Shown piece after piece: positions 22,743-37,130 of a stretch of 64,000 bases of DNA. The notes under the pieces are model-generated. The model was not told the DNA's origin. It saw only the letters and a list, made by a program, of their open reading frames with translations, and did no database searches. This DNA comes from Antedon mediterranea (Eukaryota > Animalia > Echinodermata). A program made the translations under genes and the position numbers. How positions within the stretch are numbered: the stretch's first letter is position 1; the number at the start of each line of letters is the position of its first letter. The stretch lies in NCBI RefSeq assembly GCF_964355755.1, contig NC_092671.1, forward strand, positions 9,672,001 through 9,736,000, written 5' to 3'.

Positions 22743-24284
22743 TCACCTACATTCAGACTCGTCCGTATCCTCCATCAGTGTAAGCTTTTCTCCATCTACT
22801 GGTCTCATAGAGGGTGGTGTATACCCTCTTAAATATCTACAATTCCTAACATCATTCCAAATTTTGTCTTCTACTGACTGTTTCGCTTTTTCCAACATTT
22901 TCTCCTCATCGAGATGTAATTTCAAAGGTATTGATAGATTTCCATAGTGCAACGATCGCCTCAATTCACGACTTATGTTCAACTGCTCCTGGAATTTAGC
23001 AGGATCTACCGAACTGATAGATTTTCTTCTCCTTCGAAAAGGAATACCTTTGTCCGGTTCCATTGGCGGTGGTCGTGGAGTTCCCTCGCATATATTATCA
23101 GCAATATAGGAAATGCTATGTCGTCGTCGGGCACTTTGAATACGTTGAAGGTTTTTTATTATACTGTCATTATTATCAGGCTTGCTGTTACTGCAAGTAG
23201 TATTGTTATTATTTTCAATTTTATTATCCTTTGGTTTGTTTGGTTGCCGAGTAGAAAGAATGGTGCGTGAATGTTTGTCAGCGCACGGTTCACGCTTTAC
23301 TGGTTTCAATTTGTTTACTTTCAACTCGTTTCCTTTTTTCTTTTTAATCTTTTTCTTTTTTCGTACTTTAGTATTTTGTAGGGTTGTATCTTCCTCTTGT
23401 TTGTCCTGTTCATTTGTACTGTTACTATCCGTTTTTGTTTCCGTTACGCTATCTTCTGTTTGATCCGCGTCAGAATCATCGTCTTCTGTTTCGTCATCAG
23501 AAACATTATCTTCCTGAACAGGAGACATGATGTTGATTTTCTGCCATCGTTTTATTGCTCCACTTGTGTTATATATCTCTGCTTCTGCTTCTGTATATGT
23601 CTCATGTTCTTCCCAAGGAGCCAATCTACTACGAGTCTCAGTATTTGAATCAGTCTGTAAATCAGCAACGGTTGAATCTTCCATTTTTTGTTTGACAACA
23701 AACATTGAAGATGATGTTGATTGAACAGTATTTTCATCCCGATGTTTAAAAGCGTACAGAGCAGAAACACTGCTTCTTCTCTGTAATCTCGCTGATTTAT
23801 CTACAAGATTAACATCGTCTATGTTAATTTGTTTTCTTTGTGAAGACATGTATCTAAACGAATCAACCGCATGCTTGGGCTGAGCAAGACGTGTGAAAGC
23901 ACAAGAACTTTCATCACCATAACTTTTAGATAACTTTAATTTGCTTATTTGAGTATCGTTATGATCTTTAGAAAATAGCATTGACGCGGGAAGAGAATGC
24001 CGTCTGCCCATGCGCGGTCCGCTCGACTTTGATCGTAGCGGTAGCATCGCGTTATCGTTTTGTACATCAGGTCGAAGGAGTAAGTTCGACTGAGTCTGCC
24101 GGACTTTATCCTGTTTTACGTCTTTAATGTCTAATAATGATTTCCGTATAATATCTTTCTCCATATCAATATTCTTCTGTATCTGCGTCTGGTTATAATC
24201 CAGTCTTTTAATTTCCTTTTTTAAGAAGTTTTCAGAGGCTTTGATCTGTGGAAGACTAGCGCACAAGGTGGGCTTGTGAAACAT
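22743..24284 (-). CDS. Intronless uncharacterised protein (~513 aa from first ATG), largely disordered, CCDC190-like termini
   Basis: A 1.5 kb ORF in AT-rich DNA. It has an N-terminal coiled-coil-like segment (ENFLKKEIKRLDYNQTQIQKNIDMEK), an acidic tract, a Lys-rich NLS-like tract, several RRxS motifs and C-terminal VRNCRYLRGYTPP. The family assignment is tentative. Confidence 0.75.
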   Translation of the reverse strand: MFHKPTLCASLPQIKASENFLKKEIKRLDYNQTQIQKNIDMEKDIIRKSLLDIKDVKQDKVRQTQSNLLLRPDVQNDNAMLPLRSKSSGPRMGRRHSLPASMLFSKDHNDTQISKLKLSKSYGDESSCAFTRLAQPKHAVDSFRYMSSQRKQINIDDVNLVDKSARLQRRSSVSALYAFKHRDENTVQSTSSSMFVVKQKMEDSTVADLQTDSNTETRSRLAPWEEHETYTEAEAEIYNTSGAIKRWQKINIMSPVQEDNVSDDETEDDDSDADQTEDSVTETKTDSNSTNEQDKQEEDTTLQNTKVRKKKKIKKKKGNELKVNKLKPVKREPCADKHSRTILSTRQPNKPKDNKIENNNNTTCSNSKPDNNDSIIKNLQRIQSARRRHSISYIADNICEGTPRPPPMEPDKGIPFRRRRKSISSVDPAKFQEQLNISRELRRSLHYGNLSIPLKLHLDEEKMLEKAKQSVEDKIWNDVRNCRYLRGYTPPSMRPVDGEKLTLMEDTDESECR

Positions 24285-27200
24285 ACCGTACACGCATCTG
24301 TTAAAATTCCGTATAAAAAATGGTTCACTTTGGTGTTTTCTCACACACTCAATACTATTATAGTATTTGTTTTAAATCGTTTTATACATAATTTCTAGTT
24401 ACAGATAAAAACTAAGCTCACATTCAAATCTTTTCAGGTCGCTTATCCAAAGTTTCTTAAGGACGAAACAAATTAAACTTGTTTCCAGTTTACTTTCTTT
24501 AGGTTTTGGTTCACTTTGAAACTGCAACTTGAATACCAATATTTCCTGCAGTTCACTTTGCCAAGTTGTGTTGGTTAAAAAAACAAATTCTTTCAGTTAA
24601 CTTTCCAAAGTTGTCCAAAACATAATAAACTTATATTAACATTTGTCCAGTTCATTTCAAAAGTAAATCAGTAAATCTATAACAAATATACTTTTATGAA
24701 ATACATTCAGGTGAAAAAGAAACGAGTATTAGTATTATACTCTTTCCAGTCGATCTTGGTTAAAACAAAGTAATTCTATAACAAATACTTTCCAGGCCGC
24801 TTTTCCAAAGTAAAAATACACACTTATATTACAATCTTGTCTAGTCGCTTTCAAAAAGTTTTCACAATAGTAAAACTAAACCGTATTTAAACAAATCCTG
24901 ATCACCGTATTACTACAGTTTTCTTGGTTAAAAACTAAACTTTATCAAAATGACTAGTTGTAGAAACATGATATCAACGAACTACAAATGTATTATCCTT
25001 TTTACTAAATATATAAGAACATTATTCACGTTTGCAGTTGATGGAAGAACGCCAAGGTAGGAAAATTGTGAGTAGAATGTAAAGAAGGAGGAGGAGCGTA
25101 AAATATAGGTTATACAGTAGAACCATGGCGACCATCTGTCAATTCATCGACCAATAAGATTTAAACACTCTAATGTTCGATTAGCCGGATTACGTAGGCT
25201 TACTCGGTCACATCTCATTCTGTTACCCACTAATTGGCCTCTATTATGCAACAATCACATAATGGAATCTAGACCGAATAACAACACCTTATTGTAAATC
25301 ACTCATTAAGATAATAGGCAAACTACTGAGCATTTGAATTCGCGGAGTTCAAACTATTTGTTCGAAAAAAAGGTTTATTTCAAATGATGAATGAAAATGC
25401 ATTATAACAACATTCCATGGAAATTTATGTGACATAGGAGAGGAGCAAACATTGGGATTGTATGAAATATGTGTTAAAATAACAATCAAAAGATACAAAA
25501 ACGGAATATTACGATGAACAAAAGATAGAAGTATGTATAAAAAATTGAATTGAAAAAACTGAATAAATAAAGGTGGTGGTTAACCATGAAAGATAAAAAA
25601 AATATTGGGATTGTAGTGCGTTATGAGGGACAACATTGGCTCATATTCGATTTGAAAAACCAAGGTATCCTGGACTTGTGGTAAAAGACATTTTACTACA
25701 CCAATGCATTCAACTCGACTAATTGACATTATTCACAACGTAATATATTTTAAATATTAAAAAATGTTTTTCACTTCTTGACTCTTTAAAAAAAAAGTTG
25801 TCAGAATTGGTTTGATTGATCGCTAATATAAGATGAAAAATTCCCGTTGGCAGTCTAAACGACTTAATTAGTTTTCTTTAATTTATTTATAACAACAACG
25901 GACAATAAGTACATAACAATTAAACTAACAAAGGATGATCCACTAACAAAGAACAGACAATAGTTTATTATTTACCACAGTCATTAGGGTATCTTCAATA
26001 GTTGGACTTCTATCAAGGATTCTGTGACGTCACTATTTTTTATGTTCAATGCCGTTGGTTAAGCTAACATAGTAAGTATGTTTAGACCTAAGGCCCGAAG
26101 AACAATATATAACAATGTTATGCGTTGTCTAAGAGAACTAACCTTTGGCATAGACTGTATACGATTGCAGCTAACACATACTAGGCCTGTCTATCATGAC
26201 AGACATGTTATTGGGGTGATGTACGAATGGGAAGCGGGTAGGTGGGAATTACTAAACAGGGAAAGGATTCGGAACATTTAGGCTTCAAAAGTTCATAAAG
26301 GGCTGGGGGATTTTTAAATAGCTCCTTACCCCATTGTATTAACGTAGGCCCCACGTTATTGTGTACATTTTGATGTTGGTGTGTATGTGTTGGGGGAGGG
26401 GGCGTAAGTTCAGCTAAATCCTAAAAAATGATATAGTAGGTATAATATTTTATAATGGCCAGTTACATCAACCACACGACACACATCTGTCATCATGTCA
26501 TAAGTAAAAACGACCAACGCATCGAACATAAAAATGTGCCATAAAGTATCCCGTCAGTGTATCAATCATACGACACTACCCATCTGAAATTAAAGACCAT
26601 CGATAAAAATGTCCTCTAATGTGCGACCACTTCTCTGTGGCAACATTTAAGAACAAATTATCCATGTACATGATGCACGATATGCCAGACTAGACTGTTT
26701 ATAGTATATATACTTTCTTATAGTTTCATTTATGCTATTATTTCTTATAAAAACAGACTATTGCGACTACTGAGTAATTTCACCGTAGTTCATAGTTTTA
26801 ATAAATGAGGTTTTTCAACAACAAAAAATACAGGTGCTTACAATACAGTAATTGGGGAAAACCCGTAACGATTGGCTACACGGTATTGTAGATAGTAGGC
26901 CTAATACATTTCAATTAATTCATAATTCAACAATTATCGCAGAGATTGATTGCACGCATCATGATAATGATAGGTATGGAAGGTACCAATGGCGGGTCCA
27001 TATTTAGAGGGTTTCATCGTAAAGTACTGAACTTATAACTTGTTAGATCTTTCGCATTGTATTTGCCGAACACTTCGAATCCGCCTATGGGGCACGACAT
27101 AAATATCCGGAATAAAAAAAACAGGGTCCTATTCTCCACAGAGAGAAAAGGGATTAAACTAACTAAAAACACCGAACGGGAGACAACAACAATATACATT

Positions 27201-28063
27201 AAACATGTATTGTCCCCCAAACATTAATAAAATCAGATTTAAACAGGCCACTTTGCAGTTTTAATAAAGTTACTCACTTCTGTAAAAAAAAAAAATTATT
27301 TCACTTATAAAAGAGACAAAAGAAACGTTTATTTTTAAAAACCACTGTCTGACAGACAATATAAGTATTGTTTTACTTTAAATTACATTTTTTCAGGTAT
27401 ATTTTTTTTTCAATCTATTTTTTGGTAAAAATGAATAACTATTATGTGACCCTAAAATGGCATATTAAAAAAATGTGTTATATAATATTTTTTTTTGGGG
27501 GGGGGGGAAATATATCATTAAATGCCATAAATTGAATCTATTAAGTCTTCGGCCCATACATTTTTGCGCACCGTGCATTATCATATCAAAGTAACAATTT
27601 AATTTTGATAACATGATTTAAACTTCTTTTAATTCTTTCACATCAGGCGCGTTATAAAAATAAATTTTATAAATCAAATTACGAAAGATTTGAATCAGAT
27701 TTATGAACTATTCCTCGGTGAATTAAAAAAAAATGTATCTAGGTCAAAAAGAAATATTGAGGTAGGATCTATCATCACGTCATAGTATTAACATTAGGTG
27801 AGAGATCATTTCCATTTTTAGCAACAACACACTTTGGAATTTCAACAAGCACATGGGATGCAATTGGTCTCATTTAGGGTAAACTTATGATTGACTTTCA
27901 TGTCAAGAACCCGATTTCCATATACAACGTTCCTTAATTGTTTGCAAGTCATGGGTCTTCTCGCATAAAGTTGAAATCAAATTAATATCATGTTTACCTT
28001 AAAATATATTTACCTGCTCGATAGTTATTACTGTGAAAACTCATTTTGAGCAGAACTCCCGTT

Positions 28064-28135
28064 GGTGAAAAGAGGAGGTGGGGAAAAGAGGAGGTGGGGA
28101 AAAGAGGAGGTGGCGAAAAGAGGAGGTGGGGAAAA
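28064..28135. repeat. Short tandem repeat, 4 x 16 bp
   Basis: gaaaagaggaggtggg repeated four times. Confidence 0.85.
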
Positions 28136-28678
28136 CTACCAGGCCGTAGCCCAATTATAGTTAGAGAAACCAGTCCGAGCATCACTTGCCCTGTTCTAGT
28201 GAAATCCGAGAGAAGCGATGTTATTTTCTACACTTATACTCGATACCTTTCGTGGGGATTTTTTGAAATTTAGAAAATGATAACTGAACGTTTACAAAAA
28301 ATCACCAAAATAGGCATTATGGGGTTTGCCGTTTAACATATATCAAACAGATGAATTCGAATCTTACACGATTCATTCGCATGGTAGTTGTATAGCATTT
28401 GTACTGCCTAAATAACCTTTATCCCAATACCGGTACATTCGGAAGTCAAAGGATTGCAATAGTGTTTCTGGGGCAAACATCATCATTCACATTCAAGCAA
28501 ATAAATAATACGACTGACACCGGTAGTGAGGATCACTGATGATAGCAATAAAATGTATCTTGGAAACAGATGACATTAGCTTAATCCTATTGTTCCACAA
28601 ACATTCGCTTGTGCTACATATTGCATTATATTATATGTATGTATTATAAACACCACGGGCACAAAACAAATTCTAAAC

Positions 28679-28751
28679 CGCCCCAACCGAGATTCGAACC
28701 AGGAACCTTCTGCTTGATATGCAGATGTCCTGATAATTAGACCATTGGGAC
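28679..28751 (-). pseudogene. Second tRNA-Asp(ATC)-like copy
   Basis: Reverse complement is gtcccaatggtctaattatcaggacatctgcatatcaagcagaaggttcctggttcgaatctcggttggggcg. It shares the 5' flank caataccatgaaa with the copy at 20185. Confidence 0.6.
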
Positions 28752-28855
28752 TTTCATGGTATTGAAAAATGTAATAGAAATAAATACAGTAGAACTTTGG
28801 TAGTGTCCCCTGAATAGGGATTTATCCGTATTATTCAAACACAACCCTCGTTTGT

Positions 28856-29176
28856 AGTGAGTAAGTGGCCGAGCGGTTAAGACAGTGGAACCGTAATTAC
28901 GTAGCCATAACATCGGCAAGGGCCGGTTCGAGGCTCACTCACTCCATGGTTCTGGTGGTAGAACCAGTCTTCTCGGATAAGGACTATAAACCGTAGATCC
29001 AGTGTACACATCTAGCTCGTGTGCACTTTAAAGAACCTAGTACATCTTTCGAGACGAGTAGGGGGTTACCCCGGTGTATTAGTACATCACAGCCACTGAT
29101 CACCAACTGGGCCCTCTGGGAGACCAGTCTTTGACTGAAGAGGTTACCCAGTATAAATATATATTTCAATTCAATT
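28856..29176 (+). mobile_element. tRNA-derived SINE with Deu/Nin-like core (DeuSINE-like), near full length
   Basis: A box tggccgagcggttaag, B box ggttcgaggc, core ctcggataaggactataaaccg...taaagaacc...cgagtagggggttaccccggtgt resembling the Deu domain, and a (ttcaa)n tail. Confidence 0.8.
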
Positions 29177-30413
29177 GTTTCATGGAAAATGTCCCCCAGG
29201 GGTGTCCCGAAACCGGCCTTAACGACAATAAATAATGACATTGAGGTGTATCATTGAGGTATAAGCGTTTTAAGGCTTACCGGTGACACTGGGCGTGCCT
29301 GTCAAAAAAAAACAGAACACCACCATTAAGTTGCTATGTAGAGACCCGTCAAGATTACCTCTTTTGAAGTGGAAACAATAGACCAAAGTTTCTAACAACA
29401 TTGGAAACAATGCCAGTGTGTATACATGAAACAATAAGTATAATGTGGCTATGAACATAAGGTCTAATGACTATAATACGTACATATACAATGAATATTG
29501 ATTAAGTTGCCTTTGGATGCTTAAATATTTAACAACTGATGTCTAGATCAAAACAGGACCTTGAAACCAGACAAGCATGCACTACATGGCGGGGTGGGGA
29601 AGATATTTCGCGGGTGTTGTATGGGCCCAAATGAGAAGGAGTATTTGCACTTGAAAGCCAAAATAGGCCTCGTGTATAGTGTACAACAACAATCTGCTTC
29701 GTCTCTGCTAACGTTTTACTGTTTATATTGATTTGTATCAAACTTATATACAGAACAGAACAACATAATGACAAATTAAAAACTACAAGATTTCATAGTT
29801 AATATTTTTTATTATATTTTCCCCACCACGGATTCGCCTTGGACGAATAAAGAGGGGTAATTCTTTATAGGAAAAAATGGCACAAACAATGCCTATGGAA
29901 TATTGAACACTAAATAAAACTCTGGAAAATCGTGTTATGTTTCAGTGGCTTTCTTTAACATATCGTTTTATAAACGTTTTAATACTGTAAAATAGTTTCC
30001 AAGTTTAGTTTACAAATGCTTAATTTCACTTCAATTATAAAAAATTTCATTTTTCATAATAATTTTTGCAATAATCTTGTCTTTGAAGATTCAATTTTGC
30101 TGTTCAACTTTGATTGATCCAGAGATTATCAGAACTACACAAACTCTGTTTCAGAGTCCTAATTTTTTTCAGAATACATATCATTTTATTTCTAAAAATA
30201 ATCGCCAGTAGGTGATAGTTAAATCATAAAGTATAATTACTGATAAACACTGAATTAAATAAAAAGTTAGTTGGCAAATTATAAATTATTTGTATATATG
30301 TGTAATCATACGACTACTGATTTAGTTCCGAGTTGAAAATTCTATTTCTACAATTGAGAAAATAAGTACACTATTTAATGACAAAAAAACCTGTGACAAC
30401 TATCATTGTCACC

Positions 30414-33400
30414 TTATGGGGTCAGACGCTTAGGGTCACGTGGGAACATAGAAGTCTTACGAATGTTATCAAGTCCGAGGTACAACATGGTGACACGTTC
30501 CAAACCTATACCTCCACCGCCATGCGGAGGTGCTCCGAATTTGAAAGAGTCGATGTAAGATTGGATGGTATCCAAGGCTAAAAAAAAATATTTTTTCCAA
30601 AAACACAATGTCAGTAAAATAAGACAAAATACCAAAAATAATGTTGCAAAAAGCAAAGCACAATAAAATATGTTTACTTACGTATTTCATGCGCTTTTGC
30701 TCTCTCTACCAACAGTTCTGGGTCGTGGATCCTCTGAGCTCCTGACAAAATCTCTTCACCTCTCATAAACATATCGTAAGAGTTTGATGCTTTCTGTTAA
30801 TTTAAAAAAAGGTAAAGTATTTTACTTCAAGGCTGTGTTTCCACAGCCAAAACAAAATTATTATTTTAATCAATAAAGTGTGCATGATCAGTCATTACCA
30901 ATCACATTGCAACAATTTGTCCTTCTGGTAAAAGGTTAAAAATTGCATTTATCCAATAATTATCTGATTTGAATGAGATAATTATCGGTTAATTTTTCTC
31001 GAGTGTAATCGGTTAAACCCTGTTTCAACAGGTAGTTTATTGGTTAATTATCGGTAAATTGTTATCAGTTAATTTTTGGCTGCTGAAACAAAGCCTAAGA
31101 TTCACCAGGACAGTGGTCGCAAACCAATTTTTATATACTTTCTTTTGCACTTACTGGATTGTTTGGATCAGGCATAGTGTAGAAAGGACGGACAGCCAAT
31201 GGGTATTTGTCCAACATGTAGAAATCAGTGTCGTACTTCTTCTTTACAAGTCGTCCAAGGAATTTTTCATTAGGTGTACTATAAGACCAATATATATATA
31301 CTGTAACCAACTAAACTACTTAGAAGATTCAAATGTAGGCAAGGAGTACATTTTCTGAATAATGATCTGTTTTAAATAAACTTTTTTAGTGAACTATAAA
31401 ATTATTTATATTTAATATATAATATTAATATAAGAATATACTTAATATATTAAGTAACAAGTAGGTCAAAGCACTTTTACATTGCTATACAAATATATAT
31501 ATATTGTAGTTGACGTTATAAAAATATGTTTTATGTGGATGATGCCAGCATTCATAAAACAACTTTTATAAAGGTTTGAAGAGGCTACCTTTGTACAGTA
31601 GACAAGCTATACTAATATCCAGAGACTCTATCAAAACTACAAAGAAACATACCTTTTGTTCAATCTCAGTTTATTAATTCAAATATCAGCATAATAAAGA
31701 AACCAAAAATTTCTAATTTTATTTAGGCGATGGTAACATAAGATAAAATAAATAATTGTATCTGACGCACCTGAGATCATCTTCATCTCCCATTTCAACA
31801 CCGTTATCTCTCAACATCTGAACAGCTTCAGGAAACTCCAGTATAAGTGGAGGATCAAGGAACTTGAAAGGTTCCGCGGGAAACTGCTTGCTGACCATCT
31901 TGATCTCACTTGCATATCGGTCACGCAAGCCAGCAAAAATGTAATTAAACATTTTGCCTATTACTTTCAAAACCTGTTAAGCACAACAAAGATAAAAATC
32001 TTTTTAGTAAAAATTTTCATTCAGAATATTTTAGAGAAATTGATTGACAATTCTATATTTCACAGAACACACAGCAAATATTGTATGAGGTTAAACCATG
32101 GAATAATAAACCAACTAAGGAAATATTATGCAAGAAGTTGATTTATTTCCAAAGGCATTCAAACATTTGTTGGTAACTAATGCAAATTAGGTGAACAGGT
32201 GAACATACTTTTATCCATTTTTTATATGACACTGTTTTCTACTATTGCCATGTTTTAACCTTGTAATTTTTGCTATTGTATTTTACCCCTTGGTGTCCTA
32301 CTGTTTGTATTTTACCCCTTGGTGTCCTACTGTTTGTATTTTACCCCTTGGTGTCCTACTGTTTGTATTTTACCCCTTGGTGTCCTACTGTTTGTATTTT
32401 ACCCCTTGGTGTCAAACTGTTTGTATTTTACCCCTTGGTGTCAAACTGTTTGTATTTTACCCCTTGGTGTCAAACTGTTTGTATTTTACCCCTTGGTGTC
32501 AAACTGTTTGTATTTTACCCATTTTATCATATTTTTACCCATTTTATCATATTTTTAATGTTTTTTATATACATGACAAGCAAGAACATTTTCGAGCCAG
32601 AGTGCTTGACAAAATAAAATAATTGAATTGAACTACGGCAGAAGCCCTCATTTCGGACACCCCTATTCTGGGGACACTTTATTGCTTTCAGGTGTCCACA
32701 TAATAATAGAAGTTATTATTTTTATTTAATAGACCATACAAATATTGTGGGACCACACAAGGTACAGTATTACAATACAGTATTGTGTGTTTACTATTAT
32801 AAGGTTTAATTGGATGTAAAACAAACAATTAATTTACCTCATGATAATGATAGTTAAAGGCCATTTCAACATCCAAGCCAACAAACTCTGTCAAGTGACG
32901 ATGAGTATTGGAATCTTCTGCCCGAAAAACTATAGAAATAAGAAATAAGGAGTTGAATAGTGAATCTATTTACATTGATTGGCTAAATGGATGGATTAAT
33001 GCATGCATGGGCAAGTCAATAGATGGGTGAATTAATGCACCAATATAAGCTTGAAATCGGTTATCTGAAGAAATGGATTTCCCATTTTATCAATTCATCA
33101 TTATGGTATAAAATTAAGAAATAGGTCACATAACTAACAAAATGGTCATTGATAAACTCATTTTCAATGTGTTTTGATCTTTCCTAGATCACATACCCTT
33201 CAAATTATTGCATTTTTCTTGTTTGTTTTTAAATATTATTGTAAACTGTAATCAAGAAAGAAATTCAGAAGAGAGATGTAGAATTATGCGTAACAACTAC
33301 CAATTATACAGAGAATTAATTTCTAGATTATAAATAAGGTAGATGGGAAATGTTGCCATAAGACAAAGTACTCTACTAACTTCCTCCAATTGTAAAAACT

Positions 33401-36400
33401 CTATCAAAGTCACTACAAATTGCCATCTGTTTGTAAAGTTGAGGAGACTGAGCAAGAAAGGCTTTTGTCTTGAAATATGAAACCTGGAAGACGTTTGCAC
33501 CACCTTCACTTGCAGCTGTACATAAAAAAAAAGAAATAATACTGTATCAACTTTTTTTATGACACAAAATCATTACTGGAAATATTCATAAAAAATATGT
33601 TATTATGTACCATTGAACAAATACATGACAAAAGATAACAGGGAAGTAAATTATTTTTATACCTAATCTCATATTAAACTTAGATAGTGTTGCTGCATTG
33701 ACTGGAATATAAATCAGTGACATGATTTGAACCAAGACCTTGGGATGCAAACATGTCAACAACTAAGACACAGTACCAACTCTTAAATCAATTATTACAG
33801 TAGATCAAATATTGTAGTATAGTAGTAAATAAAATAAAATTACATTTAATAATTAAGACAAATTAATTTATTGTTGAAATAAAAACTAAGTTAATAAACC
33901 ACCTGATATAATCTTTTGTGTATGTAAAAGTTAATGAATCACCTGATATAATTTTTGGTGTATGTATTTCAGTAAAACCCTCTGCTCTCAATGCTTCCCT
34001 AAATAGTTCACAAACACCGCCCTCTATTCGAAATATAGCCTGGTTAGTTGTCGTCTGAAAAAAGAATTCATACATTTAAATAATGTTTTTTGCAAACAAA
34101 CATGATTATTACATTTTTAAAAAAGGGATAAGGGATTTAAATTCATACGATACAATAAAATTAATCTATTATGCGAGATTGAAACTGAAAATTGACTAAT
34201 TCTGTTTATTTGTCATGATGTAACAAAAACATTTTGTATAATGAAAATAAACTGATCTCTTAAATTAAACTGTTTGTGGTGTTGTGTAAAACTTATTATT
34301 ACTATATATTATTTGTATTAATTTGAATTAATATGTCATTAATTTCATGTTGATTTAAGAAACTTTTGGTACTTTAGGTTATTATCATTACTTTCACACT
34401 ACTATCATTAATATTACATTTTTATTAATATTATTATATATTTTGTAGTTAGCATTATTTTTAGTAAATTTTGTTTGTAGAACACACCTTCATGTCGAAG
34501 TGTGCCACCGTTAGAAAAGTGTATGTTCAATAAATTATTATTATAATTAGCTAACCCTAAGATCAATGATTCTGTTGTCCAATCGTGTGTCCTGATTAAC
34601 AGTTGGTCCTTGGTTACCATCCTCATCCTCCGTCACCGGTCTGGATGCATCATCAATTTGTAATGGTAGTCTAGGCTCAGCAGCACTTATAACAAACATC
34701 TATAAATAAAGTAGAACGTGATAATTAGCCAAATTAGTAGACTTCCCTAATCAACTGCAATAGACGTTCTGAACCTACTGTATACTGATATACATGTACA
34801 GAAGGGCTAGAAACCTTTTCTATCCACTAGCAAATCTTTGCTAGTTGTACACAATCTAACAAAATGAGCAAACTAACAAGGAAAAAATATGTGAGTGATA
34901 TTCCCAGATATGGTAGTGATACGACATCATCATGTCCATATATGGACACATCACATATTTTGTCACATCAAGTTTGATAGAAACCAACTGGTTTTTTACC
35001 TGTTTGACATGAAGCTCTACATCTTGTTGAGTACATCCTTCAACCGCTTGTCCCACTTTAAGGACAGTGCCTTCAATGTCCACAATTGACTCTTTAGTAA
35101 CACTAAGAAAAACGATTTACAAAAGTTAACAAATTTGTTTTATACTCTTGTCTGTGTATAATATAAGTATTTAAAGATGTTGTGCCTCCCAAAAATATGA
35201 AAAATGAAGATTAATAAATTTACATTTTTTCAGGTAAAGAATTTGTTTTTATCCAGTTTTTGGTCAAAGTGAATAACTATTATGTGACATTATATCTTTA
35301 AATAAATGTTTCTATTAATCAAATATCCACCACAAATTTAAGTTTTAATTAATGTTTATATTATGAATAATAATAGTATCTTACGTTGCAGCAAATTTAA
35401 CCATTCCTTTACTGACGATTTCACTAACTGCTACCAGCCCCTGTATAGTAAACTGTTGCTGACGAAGGACAATAAAACATTGTTTACCTGTTTAAAAAAA
35501 AAAAAAAATTAATTGAACCAATACCAATAAATAAAAGCACTCAGAAACTGAGTGAAGTACTTGGCAAAATATTGTAAAAGAGGTTGCATGTTGATGTTTT
35601 GGCCCATACAGATTGTTCTTTTTTATTTGTGAAGTTATCAATGAACCAATTTTCTTCAATTTCAATAGGCAAGTTCTGTATGTATATACCTATTAACACT
35701 GAAATATCCAGAATAATAACTGTAGGCGCTATCGTGCTAACAAACAAAGCAAGCACTAAATGACTTAATACTTGGAAAAATAAAATTTTGCTGAGTATTA
35801 AGTCATTTAATGCTATTAACAAGAGAATTAATTGTATAAAGATTGTAAAAATATATACCAATTTATGTGGTTCTTTATAATATGCAGTAGGATATTATTT
35901 TTTTACAAATTTGATTTTGATACGGCAGCCATGTTGAGGACTCCCTGTCCTTTTTACATTATTTTGCTGCCACCTAGTTGACCATCTAGTTAGTATAATA
36001 TAAATGGTATTATATACCATAAGAATTAAATTAAACTACCTTTACTACGACTTGTATGTAACCTTGCACGTAGCCATACCGTCTCACCATCCTTTTCTAC
36101 TCCTAGAGTTTGAAGCTTTATGAGAGTGCGGTCTACAGTTAAAACAAGATAAGAAAAACTTATAAAAATATACATACAGTAGAAAAAACTTGGTAAGGCT
36201 AGAACGAAACATTATCAACTTCATTGCATAACTTTAAATATCATAATACAGTACAGTATGTGATGTCAAATGCCAAGAATGAAGTTTACTGACCTGGGAC
36301 ATTCTGAGACTGAATGAGAGGTGCGACACCATAACGATCTTTTGCAAAATCATCCACTTCTGTTGCCTCCACCTCAGCTGCCTAACACAATAAATAACAA

Positions 36401-37130
36401 ACCGAAAAGGGTGAAATTATACCACATTTAAACAAAAAATCAAAAATCAAAAATACTGGTCTCACAATCAATAGCTTTTTGTCAAATTAAACACACTCAG
36501 GACAGGGCTACACTGGAAAGAAATAAAATAATTATGGCACCAAATAAAAAATCAATCAGATACTAGGACTATCTACAAACCTGTTTTGCTGCCTTTTCAG
36601 CTTTCTTTGCAGCCTTTTCTGCTTCTTTTTGCTGCTTTTTCAATGCTTTTTTAGACATTGGTTGACCATCAGGCCTGAAATAAAACAATATGGAAAGAAT
36701 TACAAACATAAAATAAGATACAGTAGGCCATTTAAAGCATTCAGAAGAACCACATTATGGTGAAACTTTCAGGACAGAATTATTAGGGGTTGGTAGTAGT
36801 GAAGACATAGGCCTATTTCATTTTTTGTTTTAACAAAAATATTTTACAGTATTTACTGTATGTAGCAAGTCCATGTTTGTCAGGCACAGCCTGAACTGAG
36901 TAATATATAAGCAGATCTAGCTAGCCTCCGTCTAGCCTAGCAGCTAGTTAGTACTAGAGAGAGGCCTACTACTACTAAGCCTATCCCTCCCCAGATAGGC
37001 TAAACTAAGCCTGTCTGGGCTGGGTCTAGCCTACCCTTACTCACTCACACACAGTCTGGGTAGGCCTACTTACAATACTATCATAGAATAATGCTCACCC
37101 CAGTGGCATATCGCCTTGATCGGCAGACAT
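30414..37130 (-). CDS. DARS1: Aspartate--tRNA ligase, cytoplasmic, 14 coding exons
   Basis: Approximate exons: 37099-37130, 36581-36674, 36293-36381, 36040-36133, 35384-35488, 35000-35102, 34556-34699, 33943-34054, 33381-33515, 32838-32930, 31771-31973, 31155-31279, 30682-30794, 30414-30578. Peptides include [84 protein letters not shown] (motif 2), [11 protein letters not shown] and [13 protein letters not shown]...[11 protein letters not shown] (motif 3). Confidence 0.97.
32275..32520. repeat. Intronic minisatellite, ~8 x 29 bp
   Basis: Unit tgtttgtattttaccccttggtgtc(ct/aa)ac. The first four copies carry ct and the last four aa. Confidence 0.92.

Noticed and set aside
22660-23770. Several short ORFs overlapping the 533-aa minus ORF
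   Set aside because: Antisense or alternative-frame shadows with no independent features.
32245-32622. Three overlapping repetitive ORFs (YCLYFTPWC...)
   Set aside because: Translations of a 29-bp intronic minisatellite whose unit is not a multiple of 3.
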